A stretch of DNA of 64,000 nucleotides from an uncultured Chlamydiales bacterium (GTDB taxonomy: Bacteria; Chlamydiota; Chlamydiia; Chlamydiales; Rhabdochlamydiaceae): positions 1,504,001-1,568,000 of the forward strand of contig OY969554.1 in assembly GCA_963700985.1 (NCBI GenBank), in the 5' to 3' direction. The notes beneath the pieces were generated by a model that had not been told where the DNA came from, did not search any database, and was given only the letters and a program-made list of their open reading frames with translations. Of this stretch, positions 19,464-29,414 are shown in pieces. Both the position numbers and the translations under genes were made by a program. Position 1 is the first letter of the stretch. Each line of letters opens with the position of its first letter.

Positions 19464-21128
19464 TTAAGGGTTTTTTTGCAGTCTTGCATGGAGGGCAGAT
19501 ATTTTTCTAGATGCGTGGCTAAGAGCCTTTAGAAGAACCTCTTGATTTGAGATTATTTTTAGACTTTTTTTAGAGCGCGTGGCTCCGGTATAAATGATCT
19601 CGCGGCCAAAATATTCTGAGCCAGGCGGCGCGATAAGGAAAACATGTTCATATTCGCTGCCCTGACTTTTATGTACGGAGAGGCAGTAGGCATATTCATG
19701 CGGCGGCAATAGGCTAAATGGCACGCGCTTAAAGGGTGCAGGGCCAAAAAGCGCAAAATCTCCGGTTCCGCCAGAGCCAGATACATGTCGAATTAAAATT
19801 CCTGTTTCCCCATTACGCAAGTCTAGATCTTCTGAGCTGCGCGTGATCAGAATAGGCAAGGCAAGTGTGTCGCCCTCTTTGATCTGGCTCATGAAGCGCT
19901 CGGCAAGCCAAGCATTCAACGCATCCACTCCAAAAGGACCACGACGCAAGCAGGATAAGAGGCCAAAATGCTCTTTGCTAGCCCACAGTTGATCGAAATT
20001 AAGCGGCGAAGATGAGGGCTGAGGAAAATGTGTGCTAGCCATCTTCCAAATGTCTTCGAGCACAACTGACGCATCACCAAGTTCCACATATTTGAGTGCC
20101 TCACTGCCACTCTGAGAGAGCAACTTCCACACTTTATCACCCTCGCCAAGCTTCACCGCTTCTGCCAATCGTAAAATTTCTTGGCGATCAGAGCGAAGCC
20201 ATTGAGTTAAACTCGATAGGCTCTCGGGAGATTTGATGCGTAAAACTTCAATCAAATCCGCAAAAAGGCTACCCGCTTCAACGGGAGGGAGTTGATAAGG
20301 ATCGCCCATCAGAACTAAATGCGTCCCAGGTTGAATCGCCCCTAATAAATAGGAAAAAAGGCGCGCATCGATCATTGAACACTCATCCACAATTAATAGA
20401 TCTGCTAGGACGCAAGGGGCATCACTCAAAAAATCGCTCTCTTTATGCACTCCTAAAAGTGCGTGCAGTGTGCTTACTTGAATCTTTTCACTTGAAAGTT
20501 GTGTTTGAAGCTGTTTGGCAGCCTTTCCGGTTGGCGCAGCCAATGAGATGCGTGCCTCTGGCCATCGCTCTAAAAATGCGCGCACAATGCGCGCGGCCGT
20601 AAATGTCTTGCCCGTACCAGGTCCCCCGCAAAGCACAGAAAGAGGGCGAGATAGTGCCTTTGAAACAGCATTTTGCTGCTCATCGGTAAGATCTTTTACA
20701 AGCTGTGGGGACTCAGCTTTTGAAGGCTGCATCAGTAGATTTTCTAAATGAGTTAAAAAGTGCGTTTCAAAAAGCCAATTCTTTTGCAGGTAACAGAACT
20801 CTTCAAATCGACAGACTCCTTTTATCGGCAGGGTGCCGCCCTTTCGAATCATCTCTGTCACACGCTTACTCTCTTCGCCAAAAGAAGCAAAAAGAGCTAA
20901 GAGCTCTTTCTCCTCCAGCGGAAGACAAAGATGGCCTTGACGGGACGACCAGAGCAGCGCGGCTAAAAAGAGCATCTGCTCTTCGTTTGCATCATCTTTG
21001 AGCAAACACTTAGCAAAAAAACCATCGATCTCGGAAAACAAACCCTTGTTAATCAATTGCTGCAGGTAAGTAGGTGCGCTACTTAAACCTTCTCGCTGTT
21101 CAAATAACGTTTGCGCTAATCCTTTCAT
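19464..21128 (-). CDS. recD: Exodeoxyribonuclease V alpha subunit
   Basis: GGPGTGKT, AAPTGKAA, IVDECSMID, GDPYQLPPV, SVHKSQGSEY and YTGATR. Confidence 0.95.
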   Translation of the reverse strand: MKGLAQTLFEQREGLSSAPTYLQQLINKGLFSEIDGFFAKCLLKDDANEEQMLFLAALLWSSRQGHLCLPLEEKELLALFASFGEESKRVTEMIRKGGTLPIKGVCRFEEFCYLQKNWLFETHFLTHLENLLMQPSKAESPQLVKDLTDEQQNAVSKALSRPLSVLCGGPGTGKTFTAARIVRAFLERWPEARISLAAPTGKAAKQLQTQLSSEKIQVSTLHALLGVHKESDFLSDAPCVLADLLIVDECSMIDARLFSYLLGAIQPGTHLVLMGDPYQLPPVEAGSLFADLIEVLRIKSPESLSSLTQWLRSDRQEILRLAEAVKLGEGDKVWKLLSQSGSEALKYVELGDASVVLEDIWKMASTHFPQPSSSPLNFDQLWASKEHFGLLSCLRRGPFGVDALNAWLAERFMSQIKEGDTLALPILITRSSEDLDLRNGETGILIRHVSGSGGTGDFALFGPAPFKRVPFSLLPPHEYAYCLSVHKSQGSEYEHVFLIAPPGSEYFGREIIYTGATRSKKSLKIISNQEVLLKALSHASRKISALHARLQKNP

Positions 21129-24100
21129 GCGTAAGTCCCCGGAATAAAGTGATAGGCAGTTTTTCCGCGCAAAAAGAGGTAGAAAGCGCCTCCAAACAGC
21201 GTTTCAAATGGACGGCTGTCAAACAGCTTTACATAGCGAGCAAAGGCTGAAGCATAAATAGAACCTTGGAGAAAATAATCATGCGAGCGCATGGCTTTTT
21301 CTAAATTTTCCAGGCTATATGCGGCATCATCCACTCCTAGCCAGTTAGATTTCCAATCGACCAGATAGTATTTTCCATTCCATTCAAAAAAGAGGTCAGC
21401 AAAACCTTTGATGAAATTTCCTTGTGCAGGGAATAAAAACTCCATCTCTTGGGTAATTTGATTTGGAGTTAAATTCTCCAGGCTAAAAGTGCCTTGTGAT
21501 GCAGGTAAGGGCAATTTAAGTACGCCGGTTAGCATTTCATTTACAACTTCTTCCCAGCCCTTAAGATGTGTGCGCTTAAGTGCAGAATGAATAAGTAGCT
21601 CGCGCTCTTTTATCTGCGAGGCAAGGAAAAGTCTCTTCTTAAAAATCTTCTCTAAAATTTCATGTAACACTGTGCCAGTTTCCGAACCAAGAGGTAGGGT
21701 ATGAGCATTCTTATTCGGATCGAAAACAGGTAAAATACGCTCTTCATTTTCAGCTTTTTTAGCTAATGTCGAAAAGGAATAGAGATAACGCACATTTTCG
21801 GGAATTTTTGCGAATTTGGGCTCTAGCAGAGGAAGCGAAGCTCTCTCTTTCTGATTCACAAACATTGCCATGGAGGATTTAAGCAGGGTGTGGCTGATGC
21901 TCGTCTGTTTTTCCGCTTCTTCTAGAAAGGCGAGGCAAGACTGCATGCCAGACGAGAAGAAAAGTTCAATCGGCGCACCCTCTCCTATTTCAAGTCCGCC
22001 TTCTTGCGCTGCATCAAAGGCAAGTGGAATATAGACACGCTTTTTAGCTCGCGTAAGTGCAACATAAAGCTGTCGCATCTTTTCCGCATCTTGCTCTTGA
22101 AGGTAGAGTAGGGAAGAAGGAAGTGTGAGGTCCAATTTTTCAAGCTTTTCACGCATCTCTTCGCGAATGAAAATAAGCTCTTCTTGATGCGTATGACGCG
22201 CCCCACTAGCTAGAGCAAAAACCACTTCGAATTCCAAACCTTTGCTCATGTGCACGGTCATGAGCGATACGGCATCTTGCGCTCCGGCGCTTCGCACCAA
22301 CATAGCTTCATCGCCGCTCTTTTTCTTCTGATTATTTAAAAATAGCAAAAGCGTTTCTAAAGAAGTGGGTCCCTTGGCCTCTTCCTCCATAAGTAATTCC
22401 GACACTTGTCTGAATTCGTGATAAAGCTCTTCGACTTCAGCCATTCGCTCCAAAATCGACTTCTCTTTCCAAGACAGCGCAAGGAAATCAGCTACCATGA
22501 CCGCAAAACCCTTTTCTTCAGCCGTTTGGCGAAGCGTCCTTAGTGCCGAAACGATCTCACCTAGTTCCATCTGCTTAAACTCATCTTGCGAAAGGCCGAA
22601 CAAAGAGCCAGCGAGCAAGCAGCGTGTTTTGGTAGGATCGAGAATTGCCTCTAACAGAGACATCAAAGCTGCATATCCTCGTGTACCTATGAGGCTTTTA
22701 CCTCGCGTGATGGATGAATGAATGCCTCTGTTCTTCAAAAAGCTCTGCAACCTTTGTGCTTGAAAGCGATCTTTGATCAGCACAGCAAAGTTCTGAAAAG
22801 TGAAGTTGTGTTGCGCACAAAGCGTTTGAATCTCATTCGCAATGAATGGGAAAAACAGCTCATTCTCCATTTTAGGAGTCGGCCAGCTCTTCTCACGCCC
22901 GCTTGATTCTTGCGCGATGAAAAAGTGTACGGCGCCTTTTCCGTCCCGAATGCTTCCTTCATTTGGCAGGCCTTCTTTATGTCGAACAGGCGCATACGCA
23001 AGCGTTGTGCCTTGTGTGGGTAACGGTAGCCAGCTTTTATCTTTGCTTCCGAATGAAAAGAGGTGGTTAAGGGCTTGCACCAAGCCCGTTTCGGAGCGGA
23101 AATTCGTATCTAAATATGCGCGCTCTTTAACTTGGCTTGCAGCCGTGAGATAGGTATAGACATCGGCGCCACGAAAACCATAGATCGACTGCTTGGGATC
23201 TCCCACAAGATAGAGTGCGCAAGGGCTTTTAGGACCTGCAAGAAAGAGCGTTTGGAAAATCTTCCACTGAATCGGATCTGTATCTTGAAATTCGTCAACG
23301 ATAAGCGCTTGATAGCGCAGGCGTACTTTGGTACAAAAGGCGCTATTATCAAGAGTTTCGACCATTTTATGTAAAAGTTGATCGAAAGAGAGCGTTACAT
23401 CTTGATTCTGTTCGTTACAGTCTCGGGCCATCCGCATCAAAATTTGTAGCGGATCTTTAGCTGTTTGAACAACTTGTAAAAGAGAGACCCTTAATTCGGT
23501 AAAAATTCCTGGGTAGTAAAGCTCTGAAACATCCGGCAGTGCCGCACGCTTTTTGAGATTCTGCTCCTGCAGTAATTCTAAAATCCACTCTTCCTCTCGC
23601 AAAAGCTGATCAAATTCATCTGAACTGCAGCTCTTTTTTTGCAAAAGTGCGTGTAAAAAGAGGAGTTGTTTGTTCGATTGATCGAGATTGATTCGTTTAT
23701 AATTTGGCGCGAGTTTTTCAAAATCACTCAGAAGTTTTGCTTGCTCGAGCTCTGGGAGAGTTTTTAACTTGGCATTGAATAGTTCAAGTGACTCTTCAAA
23801 TGAAATAAGAGCATCTGAAGAACCCCGGCGTTCCACCAGAGGCAAAAGACGCTTGGCTACGAGATCGAGATCCGATTGATGTTTGCGCAGCACGGCTTCA
23901 ATCTGGCTTAGCCCATATAAAGGGGGTTTAAATTCCGTGCGGAAAAAGTCATAAATACGCCTTTTGGCGCGCATTTTTCCTTCTTGTCCAGGCTCCTGAT
24001 CCTCAGGATCTACCAGATCAAAAGGCACTCTGGCTTCAAAAGCAAATTCGCGCAGCATGCGGAAACAAAAACTGTGAATGGTAAAAATCTGCGCTTGATC

Positions 24101-24481
24101 AAAGGCGCTGAGTGCATCCTCGAGCCGTCTTTGCGCTTCAATCAGATTCTCTTCAGCTCCTTCTACCAGTGCACGAAGATAGTCAAAGCTGGGATTACGC
24201 TCTTTGAGTTGAGCAAGCGCCGTCTCCAAGCTTGTGCGAATGCGCATTTTAAGCTCACGTGTGGCAGCACGCGTAAATGTCACCACAAGTATCTGATCGA
24301 TGCTAAGCGGCTGCTCTTTTTCGAGGAGAAGACGCACGGTTAAATGTTCGATCGCAAAGGTTTTACCGGTGCCAGCCGAAGCTTCAAGCAAGCGATGGCC
24401 TAGAACATTTAGGTCGCGGCTAAGCACATCAAAACTTTTCACGGGACCTCCTGAAAAAGATGACTCAGAAGTGGGCTCCAA
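21125..24481 (-). CDS. recB: Exodeoxyribonuclease V beta subunit
   Basis: EASAGTGKT, VDEFQDTD, GDPKQSIYGFRGAD, TVHMSKGLEF, LYVALTRA and nuclease motif KGFADL..YLVDWKSN. Confidence 0.96.
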   Translation of the reverse strand: MEPTSESSFSGGPVKSFDVLSRDLNVLGHRLLEASAGTGKTFAIEHLTVRLLLEKEQPLSIDQILVVTFTRAATRELKMRIRTSLETALAQLKERNPSFDYLRALVEGAEENLIEAQRRLEDALSAFDQAQIFTIHSFCFRMLREFAFEARVPFDLVDPEDQEPGQEGKMRAKRRIYDFFRTEFKPPLYGLSQIEAVLRKHQSDLDLVAKRLLPLVERRGSSDALISFEESLELFNAKLKTLPELEQAKLLSDFEKLAPNYKRINLDQSNKQLLFLHALLQKKSCSSDEFDQLLREEEWILELLQEQNLKKRAALPDVSELYYPGIFTELRVSLLQVVQTAKDPLQILMRMARDCNEQNQDVTLSFDQLLHKMVETLDNSAFCTKVRLRYQALIVDEFQDTDPIQWKIFQTLFLAGPKSPCALYLVGDPKQSIYGFRGADVYTYLTAASQVKERAYLDTNFRSETGLVQALNHLFSFGSKDKSWLPLPTQGTTLAYAPVRHKEGLPNEGSIRDGKGAVHFFIAQESSGREKSWPTPKMENELFFPFIANEIQTLCAQHNFTFQNFAVLIKDRFQAQRLQSFLKNRGIHSSITRGKSLIGTRGYAALMSLLEAILDPTKTRCLLAGSLFGLSQDEFKQMELGEIVSALRTLRQTAEEKGFAVMVADFLALSWKEKSILERMAEVEELYHEFRQVSELLMEEEAKGPTSLETLLLFLNNQKKKSGDEAMLVRSAGAQDAVSLMTVHMSKGLEFEVVFALASGARHTHQEELIFIREEMREKLEKLDLTLPSSLLYLQEQDAEKMRQLYVALTRAKKRVYIPLAFDAAQEGGLEIGEGAPIELFFSSGMQSCLAFLEEAEKQTSISHTLLKSSMAMFVNQKERASLPLLEPKFAKIPENVRYLYSFSTLAKKAENEERILPVFDPNKNAHTLPLGSETGTVLHEILEKIFKKRLFLASQIKERELLIHSALKRTHLKGWEEVVNEMLTGVLKLPLPASQGTFSLENLTPNQITQEMEFLFPAQGNFIKGFADLFFEWNGKYYLVDWKSNWLGVDDAAYSLENLEKAMRSHDYFLQGSIYASAFARYVKLFDSRPFETLFGGAFYLFLRGKTAYHFIPGTYA

Positions 24482-27400
24482 GTGTCATAAATAGCAGAAG
24501 CTGATGGCAGGGGGTCGCGCAAAAAAAGCCACTCGCGGTAAGGATCTTTAAAACTGCTGCTTTTACTCGATGCAATCTTCTTTTCTAATTCTTCTTTGCT
24601 ACCACGCACTATTGCTTCAGCCCAATCGGGGAAAAGTGGGGAAGGATTCTCTAAACAGAGTTCATAGTAACTTAAATATTTCTGCAAAAGTGTCAGGGGA
24701 TCTGACAATTGAAGGTCGAGCCGTTTTTTATCCTTCAGAAAGAAAAGAGTTAAGCTCATCTTATGTGCAAAAAGCGGAAGTTGAGTAAAGATTAAAAGTT
24801 CGGGCCAGATGCGAATGAGATCTCCATAATTCTTTTTCCCATGAAAAACCAAGCCTTTTTGCGTCACTCCAGAAAGCTTTCCAATCAGGGTTGCAGTATG
24901 GCCATTATCCAAAGAGATACGCAAAGCCGGCACCACCCAAGCATCTTTTCTGAGCTGCTGAGTCACCAGGCACTCCTCTTTTAATTCAACTTCGAAGATC
25001 TCTTCATTTGTTAGCTCTTGCTGGGACAAGAACTGATTTAGCTCATCGATCTCCTGAGTTAATAGGTGGGCTGCTAGATCTTTAAAATGTCCAAAAGGCA
25101 GAGCGCCTTTGGCCTCAGCAACTTGAAGAAGAGGAGCCAAAGGTTTATGCACGGCGCGCCTTTGCAAAAGCGCTCGATCTAACATCGAAAGAGAAAATTC
25201 TGTCTCTTCATTTTCCCAAGGCAAAGTAAAACCCAAGCTCTTTTCGAAGTAAAAGTGGAGTGGATTCTTCGCTAATTTTCTTAAGTCGCTTAGCTCCACC
25301 ACAAAAGAAGTTTCAGCACGCTTACGCGAAAATGGAAAATTAGCAATAAACGGATGCTGCTCTTTCTGTGCAACGAGCGTTTTTGCGGCTAAGTAATGTG
25401 CCACAGAGAAGCTCTCGCCACTGAGAAAATTGCGCGGATCTGAAGGAAGCGCAGGGTGATCGATTTTTATCTGAGCAGCGTAGATTTTTTTCACGTAGGC
25501 CGAAAGTTCCTGCACCACTGTCGAAGGCTGAAGCGGTTTTCCATCTTGAGCCGAAATTCTTTGCGCACTTAAAAGCAGATAATCTCTCGCGCACAGCAAA
25601 AGCTGTAAAAATAAGTAGCGATCCTCTTCTGCACGTTTTGGAAGATTCTTCCCAAGCGTATGTGTAGAAAGCGCGCATAATGAGTGATTCTCTTCCATTC
25701 TAGGAAAGGCGCCCTCCTCCATGCCTAAAAGACAAACGACACGCGCGGGCAACGCTGCGCCCTCTTGAAGATTTCCAAAATGCACTACATCTAGATGAGC
25801 GCCTGACAGAGAGCTGCCTTTGACTTGAAAGACATGCTTTTGAATGGCTTTGATCACCCGTTGAAAAGAAACCGGGTGCGTCAAATGTTCGCATACATGG
25901 GCTAACTCATCGATCTCTTGAAGCAGACCCTTTTCTTCTTTTGCACATGCAAAATAGCTCTCTCCCAAGCAATTTAAATACTTGAGCCAGAATTGCGCCG
26001 GCTGCATCTGTTCGGTGAGGATCGGATCTAAATCATCTTTTAAACTGCGGATCAGCTTGATTAACTTACCTAGTTTTTCCATTTCACTTTTTTCTACCAA
26101 TGGCAGAGGCCACGCAGAGTAAGAGCTCTCTTCTTCCGTAGGAAGCAACGCTAAGCCAAGCAGAAGACGTTCAAATCCCGCTTCCCACGTTCCATGCGTC
26201 GATTCTTCTTTTAGAAAGAGGTTTCTTTGTTCCGCGTCGACACCCCAATAAATGTTGGCTTGTGCTACCCAGCGCCGAAAAAGAGTCAGATCAGATTGAG
26301 AAAAGTTGAATTTTTGTTGGAATGCTGGCAGAGAAAAAAGCGTGAAAACGCTATCGAGATCGAAGCGCCTTGCACATAAATTAAGCAGCGCTTGAATCCC
26401 ATGAATAAATACGCCATCTACACTTTTGGGCAGATCGTGCACTGCAAAACCAAGACGGCTTTCCCTGCTGCCAAAAACCGCCTGAATGTAGGGCAAATAG
26501 ACGTTAATATTTGGCGCGAGCACTAGAATATCTTTAGCGAAAATTGGAGTGGCATCGTCCGCATGGCGATCGAGAATTCTAAGTAGCGCATCATAGAGAG
26601 CTTCCACTTCGCGCCAGCGCGAAGTTGCGGTATGTAGTTGAATAGATTGATCGTTTTCTAAGAGAGTCTCTTCTGCATCTTTTTCAGGATTGCGAATTAG
26701 AAAGAGATCCCGGCGAATTTTTTGTAACAGCGTAGCCGACTCTTGTGGTTCTTCTGGATAAATCTCATCTGTCTCTAGTTCCTCATCCAAAAGCTGATTG
26801 AGAAGATCTCTTCCCACCTTGGCCATGTTGGCAAAAAATGGATTCTGATCTTTTAAAAGTGCATCCAGCGAATCCTTTTCCCGAGGCTTGACGCCACGAC
26901 GGGTGAGCATTTTATGCAAAGAAGCGCGCTCTTTGTCGCTGTAGAGATCACCCCAAAAAAGAGGAGAGGGGGAGAGAAGATAATAGTTGGCTTCGCAGCG
27001 ATTGAAAAAATTTAAAAAAAGCTTGGGCAGAGTCGAAAAATGAAAGAGATGAATTTTAAACTCCGGAGGAGTTGCAGAATCCACCGCTTTACAAAGCGGC
27101 AACCAATTTGAACTGCTTGTGAAGATCCTTTTCCATATAAGCTGTTGCCAGCCCTCTTCTTGTAGCCATGCGTCCAAAAATGCACTCTCTTGTCTTCCAT
27201 AACGCAGAAATAAGAGCGCGAGTTCCTCACTTAAAGCACCGATGCGCTCACCCTGCTTTCCGCCCTTTTCAGAGATATAGGCAAAAAGCGGCGTCAGCAC
27301 GGGATTTGCCGGCTCAAGCTTAAAAAGCAGACTAATCTGCGCTTCGATCTCAAATGAAAGCTCAAGCAGAGAAGGAATTCTACGACCTGGCTGATCAAAC

Positions 27401-27624
27401 AATTCGCGGATCGCCTGGGAAAGCGTATAAATCTCCACACCAGCAGCAATGCGCAAATCCGCATCCTCCGCATAGCGCATGAGCAGGAAGCGTTTGATCG
27501 TCAAGCTTGGCACGACTATAAAACGCCTTTCAAAGGGATGTCCTCCCAAGAAGAAAAGGCGCCTTTTTAGCGCGTCGGCCAGCTCCTCGACCACGTTACT
27601 GAGAATTAAAGATCTACTGAGCAA
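24439..27624 (-). CDS. recC: Exodeoxyribonuclease V gamma subunit
   Basis: SN.VEELA, FWGD, REVEAL, DILVLAPNI..Y, VVCLLGM.EGAFPR and EDRYLFLQ; order recC-recB-recD. Confidence 0.92.
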   Translation of the reverse strand: MLSRSLILSNVVEELADALKRRLFFLGGHPFERRFIVVPSLTIKRFLLMRYAEDADLRIAAGVEIYTLSQAIRELFDQPGRRIPSLLELSFEIEAQISLLFKLEPANPVLTPLFAYISEKGGKQGERIGALSEELALLFLRYGRQESAFLDAWLQEEGWQQLIWKRIFTSSSNWLPLCKAVDSATPPEFKIHLFHFSTLPKLFLNFFNRCEANYYLLSPSPLFWGDLYSDKERASLHKMLTRRGVKPREKDSLDALLKDQNPFFANMAKVGRDLLNQLLDEELETDEIYPEEPQESATLLQKIRRDLFLIRNPEKDAEETLLENDQSIQLHTATSRWREVEALYDALLRILDRHADDATPIFAKDILVLAPNINVYLPYIQAVFGSRESRLGFAVHDLPKSVDGVFIHGIQALLNLCARRFDLDSVFTLFSLPAFQQKFNFSQSDLTLFRRWVAQANIYWGVDAEQRNLFLKEESTHGTWEAGFERLLLGLALLPTEEESSYSAWPLPLVEKSEMEKLGKLIKLIRSLKDDLDPILTEQMQPAQFWLKYLNCLGESYFACAKEEKGLLQEIDELAHVCEHLTHPVSFQRVIKAIQKHVFQVKGSSLSGAHLDVVHFGNLQEGAALPARVVCLLGMEEGAFPRMEENHSLCALSTHTLGKNLPKRAEEDRYLFLQLLLCARDYLLLSAQRISAQDGKPLQPSTVVQELSAYVKKIYAAQIKIDHPALPSDPRNFLSGESFSVAHYLAAKTLVAQKEQHPFIANFPFSRKRAETSFVVELSDLRKLAKNPLHFYFEKSLGFTLPWENEETEFSLSMLDRALLQRRAVHKPLAPLLQVAEAKGALPFGHFKDLAAHLLTQEIDELNQFLSQQELTNEEIFEVELKEECLVTQQLRKDAWVVPALRISLDNGHTATLIGKLSGVTQKGLVFHGKKNYGDLIRIWPELLIFTQLPLFAHKMSLTLFFLKDKKRLDLQLSDPLTLLQKYLSYYELCLENPSPLFPDWAEAIVRGSKEELEKKIASSKSSSFKDPYREWLFLRDPLPSASAIYDTWSPLLSHLFQEVP

Positions 27625-27675
27625 AACAACTCCAATGCTAACATGAGGAAAGCTATAACATAAAATTTACTGAAC

Positions 27676-29400
27676 ATGGCTATATTTTCTCGCCTCTCTT
27701 TAACCGCGCTTAAGCGTAAGTTTAGAAAGCTTCCACAAGCCACCGGAGAGAGACGCCATTCGCTCGCTTTTCTCAATATCTCCCAGTTTCTCGGGGCGAT
27801 GAATGACAACATCTTCAAGCTAATCCTAGTTTTTATGCTTATCGGGGTAGAAGGCCAGCAAAAAGCTAGCATCATTCTCTCCGCCGTAGGCGCCCTCTTC
27901 GTCATCCCTTTTCTACTTTTTTCCTCGGCAGCCGGCGTACTTGCCGATCGCTTCAGCAAACAACGCTTGCTCGTCATTATGAAAGCCGCTGAATGCGTCA
28001 CGATGTTTTTGGCTCTTTTCGCCTTTGCCTACCAGAGCGCTTGGGCCGGGTATTCGCTGCTCTTCTTACTCGCCACACATAGCGCTATGTTCGGTCCGGC
28101 TAAGTATAGCATCATTCCCGAAATTGTACCCAGAGATCGCGTCTCAAAAGCTAACGGCCTTATCACCGGCTGTACCTACCTCGCCATGATTGTAGGAACT
28201 TTTTTTGCATCGTTTCTAACTGAGGTCACCCACCGTCAGTTTGTGGTCACAGCGGGCTTCTGCTTTTTGATGGCGCTTATTGGCCTGGGCAGCGCTTTTG
28301 GCATCAAAAAAACCCTCCCTCAAGGATCACAAAAACGCGTAAACCCTTTATTTTTACGTGAGATTTATCAAACCCTGCGCTTCTGCGTAGGAAGAAAACA
28401 CCTACTTCTCTCTGTTTTTGGCTCCTCCTATTTTCTATTTTTAGGAGCCTTTACTCAGTTAAACATCATTCCCTATGCAATGGAGTCTTTGCATCTCTCA
28501 GACGTGGCAGGCGGCTATCTCTTTCTCTCGACAGCTCTTGGCATTGCAATCGGTTCATTTATTGCCGGTAAAGCCTCAAAAAAACAGGTAGAACTCGGCC
28601 TTACTTGTTTAGCTGGCTTAGCCATGTCGCTTCTCTTCTTGCTCCTTTCAATCTTTTCCAGCAGCCTCACTTGCTCGATTATCTTCCTCGTCCTTTTAGG
28701 GATTTTTGGAGGCGCCTTTATCGTGCCCTGCGACTCATATACCCAACTCGCCAGCCCCCATGAAAAGCGCGGGCAGATCATCGCTGCGGCCAATTTTCTA
28801 AGCTTTTCCGGGGTGCTAGTTGCCTCATTAGCTCTATATATTTTTAGTAATTTTTTAGGGCTAAGCTCAGCCAATGGGTTTGCCATGCTGGGAGTATGCA
28901 CTCTCATCGTCTCGCTGGTCATGACCTGCCGACTATCCGATCTTTCGCTTCCCTATTTTGCCCGCAAGCTCTCTCTCTTCTGGCGCCTGCGTATTCAAGG
29001 ATTAGATCTGGTTGAAAAAATGCCCGATGCCGTGCTGGTCCTGACCGAACCGAATCTACAAAAAACTTTAGTCCTTCTCGAACTCGTTCCAAATGCACAG
29101 CTGTTTGTGATTAAAAAAACGGAAAAGAACGCGCGCTGGTTGAATAAACTTTTCTACTCAATTCATTTTCTGCCTGTACATGATGATATGGGAAATCTAA
29201 TTAAGCTGGCGCGCTCGAAAGCAAAAGAGCACCTGCGCCCATGCTTCTGCCTCGAAGGCACCCTCCCCAAAGTCAGCACTGAGAGCTCCTTTACCTTTTG
29301 GAAATTTCTCTTATCTTCTAGCCCCTCCTTTATTCTCGTCGATATCGTCTTCGAATCTGGTCAACCCATCCGCGTTACCTTCTCAAAATTAGAAAAGTAG
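27676..29400 (+). CDS. MFS transporter, LplT/YgeD-like, with degenerate C-terminal acyltransferase-like domain
   Basis: SQFLGAMNDNIFK, AGVLADRFSK, FGPAKYSIIPE, ANG and RGQIIAAANF; about 12 TMs. Confidence 0.85.
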   Translation: MAIFSRLSLTALKRKFRKLPQATGERRHSLAFLNISQFLGAMNDNIFKLILVFMLIGVEGQQKASIILSAVGALFVIPFLLFSSAAGVLADRFSKQRLLVIMKAAECVTMFLALFAFAYQSAWAGYSLLFLLATHSAMFGPAKYSIIPEIVPRDRVSKANGLITGCTYLAMIVGTFFASFLTEVTHRQFVVTAGFCFLMALIGLGSAFGIKKTLPQGSQKRVNPLFLREIYQTLRFCVGRKHLLLSVFGSSYFLFLGAFTQLNIIPYAMESLHLSDVAGGYLFLSTALGIAIGSFIAGKASKKQVELGLTCLAGLAMSLLFLLLSIFSSSLTCSIIFLVLLGIFGGAFIVPCDSYTQLASPHEKRGQIIAAANFLSFSGVLVASLALYIFSNFLGLSSANGFAMLGVCTLIVSLVMTCRLSDLSLPYFARKLSLFWRLRIQGLDLVEKMPDAVLVLTEPNLQKTLVLLELVPNAQLFVIKKTEKNARWLNKLFYSIHFLPVHDDMGNLIKLARSKAKEHLRPCFCLEGTLPKVSTESSFTFWKFLLSSSPSFILVDIVFESGQPIRVTFSKLEK

Positions 29401-29414
29401 CAAAAAATAATCTC

